Assembly: GCF_964355755.1 (NCBI RefSeq)
Contig: NC_092671.1
Coordinates: 20,460,001-20,524,000, forward strand
Length of the DNA: 64,000 nucleotides
Origin: Antedon mediterranea
Lineage: Eukaryota; Animalia; Echinodermata
Direction: 5' to 3'
How positions within the stretch are numbered: the stretch's first letter is position 1; the number at the start of each line of letters is the position of its first letter. The position numbers and the translations under genes were made by a program. The notes under the pieces are model-generated. The model saw only the letters and a program-made list of their open reading frames with translations. It searched no databases and had not been told where the DNA came from. This document shows positions 27,501 through 42,500 of this stretch, piece after piece.

Positions 27501-30500
27501 GCCCATCTGACACACTAAACGTTTTGGTAGGGCCCTACATGAGTGCTTCAAACTTTATAAACTGATTAAAATCTCATAGGATCAATTAATGTTCTCCATT
27601 CTTAATTACTGCGTTGGGTATTTTAAAGACACTAGACATGCAATTTTTGACATTTTGTAAAAATAATGCATATAACTTTAAAAACATTAAACCAAGTAAT
27701 TCTCCTCTTAAATGTGCGTTCTAAGGTTAATGATGATAAAAAAAAAATAATTGTCTATCCTTTTTTGGCAGAATCCGTTTGGTAAGACCTGGTATTTTTT
27801 CTGAAAAGTTACAGTTCTTTTATTTGTTTGCCCTTTCATGCAATCGATTGAAGTGGGTGCATCACATCGCATCACCATATGAAAATATCAATCCGTGCGC
27901 GATGCATGTTGGGATTTATAGCGGGTTACTAAAATTTTAAGAATCATTTTTAACAGTTTAAAGACGAATCGCAATAGGTCCATATGGTATTAATTTTTAC
28001 ACAAAATGTATGTAAAAATTAGGTAAAAAAAACGTAGGTCTAGTGTCTTTAAAATAGGTTCAATTCTAGTTAACAAAAAGTTTTATCAAACTCAATCATA
28101 ATTTTGAAAACCCTAATTTGACAATTTCACCTCAATAGTAAAGGTTAAAGTTTCTTACTAAAATCATAGGGCTTAAATAATTAGAAAAACATATTTATGC
28201 TATAAATACAAATATTCTTACCAGTTGGACATGTGCTGCAATAATACGATCCTTGTACATTAATACAAGGAACATATGGATCATTGGAACAAGGATAAAT
28301 CCTAGCTTGACATTCATCAACATCACTTGTACAGGCTGGGTTGGCAGCATTTGCAGATTGCTGCCATCCTTCGAAGCATATACAATCATACTTGGCCTAA
28401 TAATAAAGAAAAATCATGTTGCATAGATGGGAAAGGCATAATATTGAGACAACAAAAATGGAGGAATCGAATAAGTGATAGCTACAGTAAAAGAAAATGA
28501 ATAAGAACTGTTTTTTTTACACTAGAACGTGCATTTCATATAAACAAATCAATATAACAATAAATATATTTTGAGTCTAATAATTTTCTCCTGCATCAGA
28601 ACAATATTAAGAATTGAGAAGTATTTTCTTTTGGATGATCCAAAGGGAATAAAACCGTAAAACTATAATACTATACAGAACCTTTATACTAATATTGAGA
28701 AGTATTGTTTGACACAATTTACATAATTATCATGCACCAAAAAAAAACATATTAGGGAGGTTTCGCAACCTTACGAATACGATAACGAAAACGGATACGT
28801 CACACATTCTGACACTTTTGAGCTGATCCCCATTTCATATCCGTAAAGTGTATTCGTGTTGACGAATATCACCAATCATATTCGTAACTACAAAACGAGT
28901 ATAGTTTTTGATCTATTTTGCACATTTTGCATTTGAAATCAGGAATGATTCATGATTATAATATAATTATAGATTTATTGAAAGTAATTTACTAAAGTAA
29001 TTTACTAAAATGCCAGGTCAATTTTGATAAATAGCAGTTTTTAAAGTCCTCACTCGCTTTGATGTTACGCTAGGCCTAGCAGCCAAGCAACACGTACCTG
29101 CGCTTCGCTCAAATTTACCGCAGTCATATTTTAGACGGCACCCTCAATATTTCGTTGCCATGCGAAACAGATTTTTACTGGCTTACATAAACGAATACGT
29201 GTGTGTGACGTATCCGTTTTCGTTATCGTATTCGTAAGATTGCGAAACCTCTCTAATATAGAGATAGACTTACCTGACCAAGTACTACTCGATTCAAGTT
29301 AACACATGTTCCATGCCCACAAAGTTCAGTATTAGATGCTGTTGTACAATCATCATATTGAATTGTGCATTTTGGACCATACCAATTGGGTGCACATGAA
29401 CAACTATGATAATGACAATTTCTTTTATTTTCTTACATAAACAATGTTTTTATATAAACAATTTTAAATTTAAAAAAAAAAGAATATTTATTTAAACCAA
29501 GAAAAGGGGAAATTCTTGAAGCATTTAAATGCTTATAAAATAACAAACCCATTTAAATATCAATTTCATTAAATAAACGAAAATCAGCTCATAAATAATA
29601 ATTCCAAAGGTTTTCAGACAAAATACAACACTAAAGGTCTGTTTCTGCTGAGGATTATTTTTGGGCAACGGTGCAAAATGACATAACCGATTAAAAACTG
29701 CTACACATAAAAACAAATATCATCCCTTTCTTTATTAGGCTACATATAAAAAAATACTTATTTAGCATCACATCCTCAAGAAACAAGGACGGAAGGGATT
29801 TTTTCCATAAAAATTCATTGTACATTATGGGAGGGGTTAACCATAAATATTGAACTAAACTCTAGCCATCATTAATTGACAAACATTTGGTTTGGCATAA
29901 TTCACAGACAATTTATAAAACACGTTGTTATATCCTAGACTCGTGCTAGTCGGTCACCAAATCACTAACAGCAATTGGAGAATCCTGGCATTTAAATAAA
30001 TGTTGTCCTCTTCGCCAAATTGGCGACTGTATTTTGCCTTCACTGGACATAAAAAAAAACCTCAAAGCTCATGGTAAAATCCGTCCTGTGATTACAGAAT
30101 ACGTACTCTGATTTTATGTTCCTTGGATTTTACATAGGCACAAAATTACAATTGCAAGTAAAAATCAAAGAAGGGCCAAAATCCAGGGGCAGGCAGTGAC
30201 GATAAACAAGTATTTTTTATATGTGGCCTTACTCTGTACTTTTGTGTAATTTTATGATGTTCAAATTTACCAGTTTTCTTATATTGAAATCTATTTTGGG
30301 TAAATATCTGTAGGTGAATTAAACAGAGCAATACCTATATAACATCCAGGGTTTCAAACTTCTTCAACTGAATGCTTTGTTGTTTTGAATTATTTTAGAG
30401 AAGATAAATATTTGCTTAAGTTTATGTTACCTGAAGCCCCCTTGTGTATTGGTGCAGGTAGCTCCGTTTTGACAATCATCAGGACCTCCACTGATTAAAG

Positions 30501-33500
30501 AGCATTCATTTACATCACTCCTGCAGGTTGTACCCTAAACAATTCAAAATTTCAATTATAAATAACTACTGGAGAAAATCCATAGTCCATGGCAATGAGC
30601 AATTTAAATTCTCCAATTCAAGTTGTAGAAAAAAAGAGATTTCACATATCAGTTTTGTAAGCTATAAAAAATATTCTAATAATAGTCAAAGTATTATATA
30701 GATATTGACTGCTTAGAGGTTAAATATAAGATTTGACATCCCCGAGGGAATGATATTATGTTCGAGGGAATATATATTTCCCGAAGCGCCAGCTGAGGGA
30801 AATATATAATTCCCGAGAACTTAATATCATTCCCGAGGGGATGTCTAATCTTATATTTTACTGATATAAAAGGCGATATCTGTTATATTACATAGCCAAC
30901 AACAAGTAGAATATCTGCTGGGTCGGGTAGCTAGGCCTCCTTTTTGTATTGTATGTAAACAAGCTGCCCAGACACCTTACCTTTCGAAGAATAATATACA
31001 GATAATTACTAATTAATGGCAATAAAATATTCACTAGCCTAGGTCGTTTAAATAATAACAGAAGAATTTTTAACAATAAGCCCACATTAATAATAATAAT
31101 ATTATTATCAGAGGTAGGCCGAATAAATAATAATTCGTCTTCTTCGATCGAGCCGAATCACCGGATGTTCAGTGCGTCGCGCGCGTATCGGTTACTACTG
31201 TGAGTATTAACCAATAACAAACGGTCTTTCATCACATCTAGGGAGGACTAATAACAAATGAGGGCGCTTTGTATGCATAATTTAAATAGTTTAGTTGAGT
31301 AATTTCTTCAAGCTAGTTCCGTGGCGCAGCGCATGTAGCGTTGTCTTGTGATGGAGTGACAATTTCATCGTGAGTTCAAGACCCAGTAGATGACTTTTGT
31401 TTATTTATCGGCAAACGCGATCAGTGTTGCCACACGAAAATTACACAGTCAATATTATCGTACTCGAGAATTTATATGATTAATGACAGGGACACGATAA
31501 TTACGCGAAAATTACTCAGTCAATATTATCATCGTTCTCGAGGATATATACGATTTACGATCCTCGCAGCGGTAGTCATGTGATGCAGTTTCAACCAATC
31601 ACGTTCACGTATTTACAAGATAATCAATTAATCAAATCATTCCATTTGTACGACATCATTCAAATGACAAGATAAGAACAAGGGTGAGAGGAGGGACTCC
31701 CAGTAGGGTGCTATTTCACACACTAGTTCATTGCTAAGACTGGCAACCACAGCACACTTTCACTATAGTTATATGGATCGTTTTTTATTTTTTTGAAATT
31801 CCTTACATGATTTTTGGACTAAATCATTATATAAATAAAAAATAATAGTTGTTTTCATGAATATGTAGTGCAATGCAACAATAGTTACTGAATATGCATA
31901 CATTATTCTACCACATTGCACTACTGTTACCTATTTATGAAAACAACTATTATTGCAACAATTCTGGGTTATTATAACACAATCTTTTATAATAATGAAT
32001 TAGGTAAATAAGTGGTGATGTATTTGATTAAATATATATGCATTATTTATTATGCACATATTATTAAATATAATTTTAAATCATCCATTCTATTTCATAT
32101 AATATAAAACAATCAAAAAAGGTAAAGTTTTAAATATAGAATCATAATGGCTTGCCTCAATTTTTTGCAGTTTGTTTTATGTTATCATAAGCAAACTTAT
32201 TAGTGTACTCTCTGGAAAAATATCCTATTGATAACAAAATAATATAAGAATAAAAAGGGTATGCCTACCCTGTTCTCTTCTAACTCTTAATTAATTATGT
32301 TTTGCTTTTTCTATTACTTACCTTTGATGTCATACATAATGTTTTTATTTTTTATGGAATACGATTTATTAGGTGATCATTTAGATCATATTGTATATGG
32401 CATATAATAGGCACAACTCAGCACTATAAGCGTATGCATCATGTCATAGGATGGCGTACATCAACTTTTTACGATCGTATGTTAACGTACATGCATGTTT
32501 AAAAAGTGTTAATTTCATTAAAATGATAAAAATGATCACCTATAATTCGTCAAAGTGACGAATTAAATTCTAGTTTGATTTGATTGATATGGTCTTTGTT
32601 TTCTATATTTGTTCATTCTTTTCCTATGTACTGTAGTTTGTTTAGGCCTAATTGTTATATAACCTTGGAGAATAACCATTGAATGTGATAGTTGTTTTTC
32701 TGGATTATTCTTTTTTTTTTCTAGCCACTTTTGTTTAGGAAGGTACACAGTACATTTTGTAACTTGATTAGAATGTACCAATTTTACGCATATATCTACG
32801 TACAATGTGCATTTTCATAGATAAACTAACTTGTTCAAAGTGACGATGACAACTTGTTTTTTAACATTTTTTTTCATTTTGAAAACAAAATTCTCAACTT
32901 TTCTTACTTGAACTTTTATATTTCTTTTTGGAAGTGCATGGTGTGGGCAAACGCAAAAGTATAATCAATACTGCTTTTTTTATTGTATTATTCAACAACA
33001 GTGGTAGGTTATTCAAAGCTTATTTGTTTGAAAGGGTTTATGGCAAAGAGTGATAAGGTATTGTTAATATTTAAACAAGTAACTTAAGAACTGTAAAATT
33101 ACCTTCCAGTTACTGGTACAGTGACAATAAAAGCCACTATACATACTAACACAAGAACCTCCATTTTGACAAGGATGACTTGCACAATTGTTCAATTCTA
33201 GATCCTTGATAATAGAAAAACATGTACAATGTTATCACATAAAATATGATAAAACCTGAATTTAAAACACAAATTAGAAATGTATATTTACTTGTGATAA
33301 TAAACATTTTAAAATTATATACTTTTTAAAAATTTAAACAACTTTACACAAAATGTTATAAAAAAATAAAATAGGCTGCTTATTTTCAACGACCATTTAC
33401 ATGAATTAAATTGCAATGCTATGGTAATTAATTTGTTTCTGCTGCATTGTGCTTAAACTGTTTATTTCAAACTAGATTTAAAATATAATTTTTATATCAA

Positions 33501-36500
33501 CTGCATTTCTAGTAAATTTGTGCTCCAAAAATAACCGTTTAATCAGTTGGTGGTAGTTAGCATTACATAATATGCAATGGGCTCTGGTGGTCAATTCGAA
33601 GGATATAGTATTACTATTAGATTCAATGTAGATAGTTTAGTTTCAATTTCATACTAGGCTGTCAATTAAATAACAGTTATTTTCTGTTTCAGCTAAACGT
33701 TAACAGCGATAACCTGTTAAATTGGGGTTAATTTATTCACACGATTAATAATTATTTTTTTCGCAACAGAAAAGGGACCTATGTAAGGTTACCATGAGCA
33801 TAATGTCATGATTTTTGTAATTCTCTGAAAAATAAAAAAAAAAGCTAATATGAAACTCACATTCTTAATACCATTAACTTCAGATTGGAGGTCGGACATC
33901 TGAAATGCAAATTGTAATCAGATTTTAAACATTGTAAATATTATGAGATCATAGAGTAATTTAACAACCATAGAAAACGCTGGTTATTGTAGAAACAATC
34001 GTAGAAACCAACAATTCAACTGCTTATGTAAATTCTAGCTAAATGTAGAAACGGCCAATAACGAATGTGTTCGCAGCAAATAAATATCATCATTAGCTAA
34101 TTTTACCTGACTTTCCAGAGCACTTAATCGAGAATCAAAGTCTGGTGGAATTGTAGCACCTCCGTTGTTTTCAAGGTTAGTAACCCTGGCTTGCAATGAT
34201 GCAACATCACCTTGTAGTTGGGTCACCTGATCACTCACATCTGGAGGAGGAGTTGTACTTTGTAACTGTTTAATTGCTTCTGAATTTTCATCAATCTATT
34301 TATAAACAATATATAAGCAATTAATTAATTAATTTAATTAATTAGTTTAAGTACTACTATAGATTCATAGTTTGTAAAATGTTACTTATTCTATAGATGT
34401 GTTTTTACAAGGTTTTGATGTTTGAATACATCTTACGCCCTTTAAGGCTTGATCGTGGGCTAGTCAATCAAATAACCACTCCTTTAGGCAGTCATATTAA
34501 AGAGAACGGAAGCATTAGAAAACAGTTACCATGTGGGCTAAAAAAAATGTGTAAACTCGGAGGGAGCATGAGCACATCCCAAAGCACATCTGGGAAGAGA
34601 GTCTAAATGGGAATTTGAAAACTCAGACTGGACATGTGCTCTGGAAGAAGTCATACTGTAGCTTCATTCGAACTTGATTAAATTATGGTAAAAGTTTACC
34701 ATTATTCACACTTTGGACTTTCTACTTAATTTCACCCTCGATCAGTGTAAAACTATCTGTTTTATGAATGTGTGAGAGAAATTTTATTAATTTATTTTAT
34801 TTATGAAAATCATATCGCTGATGCCAAATGTACTGTTCTTTAAAATGGAAAACATTAAAATTTATTTTATATTTAAGCTAATTCACTGTCGTAAGTCTAC
34901 AGATGCTACATGTTAATAATAATTTCATGTCAAATATTGTAAAATGTATATTGTAGTACACCGCCCATGTAGTCCCCTCCTCGCACACTATTTGATTTAC
35001 AATACAATTGGCACTAAACGAAGCAGCTTGTTAATTTGGTTACCAATCGTAGTTGTCAAAAGCTGTAGTTGTCCTAGAGGGTAGTTTTCCTAGAGGGTAA
35101 TTGTCCTAGGGGGTAATTGTCCTAGGGGGTAATTGTCCTAGGGGGTAATTGTCCTAGTGGTCCTAAAGGGTAGTTGTCCTAGAGGGTAGTTGTCCTAGAG
35201 GGTAATTGTCCTAGGGGGTAATTGTCCTAGGGGGTAATTGTCCTAGTGGTCCTAGAGGGTAATTGTCCTAGGGGATAATTGTCCTAGAAGGGCGATTGTC
35301 TGGGGGGGTAATTGTCGGGGTGGTAGTTTTCCCGGGTGGTAGTTGTCCAGGGGATAGTTGTCCTAGACCATAATTATTATTTATCAATAATTTTCCCGTG
35401 GAAACTATTAAAAAACACATAAATCCACACACACTGGTAAATATTCAAATAAAGTGGTTAAGAGATTATAAAGTAACATGTGTTAAACTAGCTTCACATA
35501 AGTAAAAGCAATTTGTGAGCATTGCTTTAATGCTTAGGCAAGATGCAAAAAATGGAAATGTAAAAAATCCCTGCCTGGTCTTAATGCTGTTCACAGACCA
35601 AAAAACTCATCCTTGAAGAAAATTCAACCTCATAAGTACCAGCCTAGAGCAAGTACCAATGGCCTTCCATAGTAGAGGTCATGCAGTAGTAGTACCACCA
35701 TAAATTCCTGGTAGTCCAACAGGTAGCAAACAACTTCTGGTTTAGGCATTATTTATGTACAATACAGTATTTGATGACAGATATTGACTGCCTTAATTCC
35801 ATAGAGAAATGAGCTATATTTCATCAGTAAAATAAATAATAAACCATATGTTTTTGACTACTATTATGTTTAAATGTTGGAATCAATCATTACTGTACAT
35901 TTTGAATTAAGCAATCAATCACTACATAATAATGTAATGTATAATATTATTATTAAAGGTAATTGCTGGGTAATAAAGCATCGTTAAAAAACCCTCTAAT
36001 AAATCCTGTACGGTATATCAAATGGATTATTGATGCTATGAAAAAATAATTGATTTATATTGGTTGAATAAATATATCCCCAAATTTGAGGCAGCAGAAA
36101 TGGCACAAAATTTAAAATGACAGGTTAAATGGCGATCGGCTCTAAATAGAATCAGCTCGTGAGGCTTGTGAACGGCTATTGAAAGCCAATCAAATTGCGG
36201 ATTGCGACATCTTGTTTGTGATAACCCATCAGATACCCATGCGGTAGAATACTTACAGGGACGTATGTCTATAAATAGAATTAGGATCTAAACTGCAGTA
36301 TATTATATACGGTTGACCATGTAGGCCTACGTTATCTGGTATTCATTAGAAAGATAAAATAATGGCCTGAGATTAAGTTAAAAATAAAAGAAACAATTAA
36401 GTATGAGTAAAATATTTTGACAGAATAGGAAAGAAGCGGCCAGATTTAGGGCCTTTTTTAGCAGTGCTGTGCCTATACTAGGCCTACATGGGTTAGCTAC

Positions 36501-39500
36501 AATGTATATAAACTTCCACATCGAGATCGGTGTAGACGCAATTTTCTTGACACAATCTCGTTAACAACCCAATCGACTCCAACATTTGGTTAGACATGTA
36601 AACAATGCTTCAGCTTCATTTCATATCGGGAAGAGCTTAGCAGAGTGGTTTGATTTTCTCATACAGTAATTTATGGCCCGATGTACAACAACTCGTGGAC
36701 ATCACTATTGCAGTGATTGTGAAGAAATATACAGTAGTACTAGTAGCCAATTCAGTAAATACCTCTATTATCGTAGAGCTGGGAATGCAACATTGCACTC
36801 ATAAGAATTCTGAATCAAGATGAACCAATATTGAATTATTATTTACACTAAACAATTCAGATTCAAGATTCAAGAAATGTTATTGATCCACTTTAAATGG
36901 AAATTGAAAAATTAAGACAATAAAACAACAAAGCAAAAATACATCAAATTGCAAATGTTAAAATATTATTAAAATGTTAAAATACTGTTAAAAAACTAGT
37001 CCTGTCTCTATCCTAAATTTATGGGTCCGATTATAATGAAAAATCCAGCTAATCAGTGGGATTTCAAATCATGAGATTGTTAAACAAATCCAGTTTGGCT
37101 CACGAAGAGTCCTGATCATATTGACAAATCTCGTCTTGGTGGTGGTTAAATTCCTGTTAAAAATCTGCACTAAAAGTTTGGCCGATGAGAGTAGTCCAAA
37201 ACAAATCCAGTATCAACTGTCCCGATCATATGATAAATACTGTCAAAGCGGCGGAATCCTGTTTTGGGATCCAGAATTAGCGAGATCCAGCTTAGACCCA
37301 ATTTACACTTACGTTTGGGTCCAGGGCCGGTCCTGGGCCGGTTGCAAATATTTACCTTTTAGGCCGGCCCAGAGCATTTACACTAGCGACGCAGATTACT
37401 GGTCGTAAATAATTTTATCTGAAGTACCATTGCATGCTGGGATACGAAGTACAGTTTGTTTACATTTTTCTCTCTCGATCGTCAATTTAACTTTCCACGC
37501 GAACCGACCATTTTATATTTATACTGTATTGTTGTTTTTTGTCCCGTTAAAAACAAAATGAACCCCACTGTTTTATATATATGGCTGTATTTTATGTACC
37601 GTATATTTCGGTGTATAAGTCGCACCTGTGTATAAGACGCACCCCCTAACTGAGAGTAAAATATCGGTATTTTTTATATCGTCGGTGTATAAGACGCACC
37701 TTATATTTCATCAAAACAATGTTTTTTTAAATTGTAATCAATATTATTGTAATAATATATTTTGTTATATCTGCAACAGCGTTCTTTATTTAGGTTTTTT
37801 CTTACCTAGGCTCGGCCGCGCCCAGCCTCCACAGCCGCTACATCGAGTGCATGTACGTGTGGGCTAGCCTCGCTCGATCATTTCGAGAGGGCGCACGTTT
37901 TCACGGACAATCGTATTCGATTAGTATCTATGTATGTATCCGAGAATTGAAGTGTGTACGCTAGGTCCATGCTATAATCACCTGGAGAATATACTAGTCG
38001 AATACCGTACACCATGTGGCCGCCAGGAGGGCTTGCGCTGGGGGTACGGCGATCGTGCGTATAACTACTGTATAAATAAATACTATTCCAATCGTACGTA
38101 AACGTTTACAAATGAAATTTTATCGCCATAATGAACAAATCTTTTCATCATATTTAGTACAGTATAACATCATGCTAAAATGCCTTGAAAACTAGGCAGA
38201 AGCAGGTTGCCGTTACGTTAGTTAGTTAGTTACTGTAGCTAGGCCTAGCCTACTCAGGCCTAGCAAACGAGGTGACGATAGCCTAGGCCTATATGTACAA
38301 TCTGTGTGGTGAGGCATTTAATTTAGAGGTCAAATTTGCGTGTCAAAAGTGCGACTTATACACCGAAATATACGGTATATGCGAAACAAGCGGAGGAATA
38401 CTTTATTGAAAGAAGTCACAGATAAAAAGGTCAAACGTTGTTCACGGTTCATTGCGTAAGCCGGCCCAAAACGTAAAAGCCGCTCCTGAACCTACCTGGA
38501 GAGGTGGCCCAGATCTGCGTCCGGCCCAGGGCCGGCCTAACTTTTTGGAGTATTTACACTTATCAATTGTCGTAAGTGTAAATGGGGTCTTAGCTGGCGG
38601 GTGCCAAACAAAACCCCAAATTAACTCTCCCGATTATACTGTCCCGATTATGATATGTCTCTTAACCTCATCCAAAACTTATGCAAAATAATTCAAATGA
38701 CCTACTGGAAAACTAAAAAAATAATGAATATCCCGAAATTGCGATCCCGATAATTCATTATAATATGGGTTATTTTATGATACTTTTTCACGATCATGCA
38801 TTGGAGTGCAAAACTGCGCAGCAAAAACAATAACAGCACTCTGTGTTTGAATCGTCTGGCAGATTATCGATCGCGCTAGGAGCTTCAATATTTTCCCAGT
38901 CTTCTGCATCGCAGCCTATTTTTAAAAAAACACATACAACTTGTATATCTTGTCATTTCTGGTACAGGGGTGTTTTGCTAGGCCTAGGCTAGGCAGTGAT
39001 TTGGTCGCCAAGCAGAGCGGTGCTTACAGTGGTAGGCATAGCTCCTATGCTAGGCTTGGGCGTATTCAGCCTAAAAGGTATGTGAAAATAGTTCATCCCA
39101 TGTTATAAAACAAGTAACAAGTGGAGATGCAGCACACTCAGGTATTCACAATGTCACACCAATGTAAATACCCTCGCTGCATATCCACGAATGCATTATT
39201 TGTATACTATCATTTAACATCAAAGAATCAGGAAATAGTAAAGCAAAGGAAATACAAAGTAAATGGAATTGCAGATGATGATCCCCCACAATGTATCAAA
39301 TAGCATGATGCGAACGGCCTTTAATAACATCCTGGTTCATATAAACCATGGAGAAATTATTTCTCCATGATATAAACCAAAGACAAATTTCAATGGATGG
39401 CAAGCTATAGTAATAGGATTAAATTCCCAAAATGTGTTCAATTGGGATCATGCTAATGGGAATCAAATTGTTGGGGGAAAATAGAAACTTTTAAAACAAA

Positions 39501-42500
39501 ATGTGTCATCATGTACATAATAAACATAGAATGCTTATTCCAGCACATTAAACAAAGCCATTAAAAACAGTACATCAGAGGATGATCAAAGGATAAGCTT
39601 ACAGAATACATCATTGTCAATGTGTAGGGATGTAACTAAACACATGTTTTGACCTTGGTGGAGACATGTGTTTCTGAGGATTCTTGAGTTTATTTAGCCA
39701 TGGGCATATACATGACTCCCATGATCTACAGTACCAAATCAGATCTCACCTAATATACAAGCATTTCCAAAAAGTTACATAAGCAAAAATAAAGATAATT
39801 CAAAGTAATACAGGTGAATATAAATATACTGTTACAGTATGAATATCAAGTAGTATTTACCTTTCTTATCAAATAATGAAAATATCATCATTAAAACTTT
39901 ACCATATTTATATAAACAATACTGACCTACTGTATCTTTAATGGGCATTGCAATATCATAAAGTTCTACTATTCCAGTATATGTCAATATTTATGATTTT
40001 GTAATGATTAGTTTTAATTTCTCTTTTCTTATATCTTTGTATTGAAATAAAAATTACAATTCTGCTTACTAGGTCTACTTGCTTGATGCAGTATCTGCTT
40101 TTTTGGAGAGTAAACTATTTTAGCCCTACTTGACGATCGTCGGGACACCATACGTGCGGACGGCGATTGGACCTAGACCTAGTTTTGCCTCAATATTTAC
40201 AGCCGATTTTGAAGAACGTTTTAGGTTTAGATTGTTTAGGAGTTTGGTTGATAGGATGGGTTTGGAATCCACTGAGTTTTGTTATTTATGGACCAATCGT
40301 CTAGTATGCTAGCTAGACCCGTAGCCATCGTGGCATGGAATCCCTAGTCAGATTGGCTCTCACCCATAACAAAAAATGATTTAGGCTAGTGTAGTATGTG
40401 AAGCCGATAATACGATCTGTACTATAGGGGTATAAAAATAGTATAATTTATGACTCCATGATCTGTACTAAATTTTGTATTTCATTAAATGTCAAATAAA
40501 TATAATTATGCTACTGTTATTATTACACTTTAGGCCTAGCTTAGAAAATATACAAAAAATGTATTTCACAATGATTGGGTGGTCATCGTTTGACAGGGGA
40601 GAGAGATGTAAATTAGTTGACAAACACAACGTACATGTATATGACGTCGCGAGTTTGGAATCCAGTGATGACGTGATTTTGTGAATATCTCATGAATATT
40701 AATGAGCTTCCCTAAGCTGCTAAAAAACAGACTTTCCATGAATTTACCCTAAAATGTATATGAAATTTAATTTTTTAAATTTCTCGTTATTACTTCTTCA
40801 TTCTGACATGTCTATATTGTTATAATATTTGTTATTTAATAAATAAACGATATTTAAAAGCAATTTTAAACCCAGGGTGATGTCACTTTGCAAACATATT
40901 CATATTCCTCCAACAATCCTCCAGGTTTTTTTTGCCGGGGCCTAGGCCTAATAAAGGTTAGTTTGGGAGGTAGGTATAGGCCTTCTAAATTTGGGTTTTA
41001 TGGCAAACAAAAGTACATTTAGGCACTATATTTCAACATCATTTGATATTGAATAAATTAGTATTAATTTTAATGCTTCGCGTACCTTTCCAAACTATGT
41101 GGAGAGCCTCTCGACGGTTATTTTTATTCATAACTTTTAGGTCTCATTGATTTACTTTTGTAATGTTTTTATGTCTTTCTTTGTACTTTGGTGAAATAAA
41201 TGATATGATATGATAAACTATCGCACATCCTGCAATGCTTTTGTGTATGATGTGAAGTCATGAATGTAGATGCTCCCGACGAGAAATAGAATATTGTATT
41301 TACACTAATTTACTACACATTTTGTTTTTAATTGTATGGGCTTATGTTTAATTTGATACATTTAAATAACCTTTGTGAATTTCAGGTCCATTTTAAATTT
41401 CAACAACAAAAACTGTACTTTACCCTATATATCTACCCCAGTGGGCACAGAACATAATTTCAACGTTGAATCAACGTTGAAATATAGTTGATTTGTTGAA
41501 ATCATGTTGTCAGCGTATTTTAAACGTTGAATCAACGTTGAAATAACATTTTTTCCCTAACTATTTTTTTAACGTTTAGTAATAAACATTGAATCAACGT
41601 TGAAATAACATTTTCTTTTTAACTAGTAATTTATGTTAATTAATAAATGTTGATTTAACGTTGAAATAACATTGTCTTTCTAACAAATGTTTTACGTTAA
41701 TTTATCAATGTTGATCCAACGTTGAAATAACATTGTTTTTCAAACAAATGTTTTACGTTAATTTATAAATGTTGATTCAACGTTGAAATAACATTGTATT
41801 TTTAACTAGAAATTTACGTTAATTTATCAATGTTGATCCAACGTTAAAATAACATTGTCCTTCTAACTAGTAATTTACGTTAATTTATCAATGTTGATTT
41901 AACGTTGAAATAACATTGTCTTTCTAACTAGTAATTTACGTTAATTTGTCAATGTTGATCCAACGTTGAAATAACATTGTATTTTTAACTAGAAATTTAC
42001 GTTAATTTATCAATGTTGATCCAACGTTAAAATCACATTCTATTTTTAACTCGAAATTTACGTTAATTTATCAATGTTGATCCAACGTTAAAATAACATT
42101 GTCCTTCTAACTAGTAATTTACGTTAATTTATCAATGTTGATTTAACGTTGAAATAACATTGTCTTTCTAACTAGTAATTTACGTTAATTTGTCAATGTT
42201 GATCCAACGTTGAAATAACATTGTATTTTTAACTAGAAATTTACGTTAATTTATCAATGTTGATCCAACGTTAAAATCACATTGTATTTTTAACTCGAAA
42301 TTTACGTTAATTTATCAATGTTGATCCAACGTTGAAATAACATTGTATTTTTAACTAGTAATTTACGTTAATTTATCAATGTTGATCCAACGTTGAAATA
42401 ACATTGTATTTTTAACTAGTAATTTACGTTAATTTATCAATGTTGATCCAACGTTGAAATAACAATGTATTTTTAACTAGAAATTTACGTTAATTTATTA

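Noticed and set aside
31315-31390. tRNA gene
   Set aside because: Only degenerate A and B boxes are present and the stems do not close.
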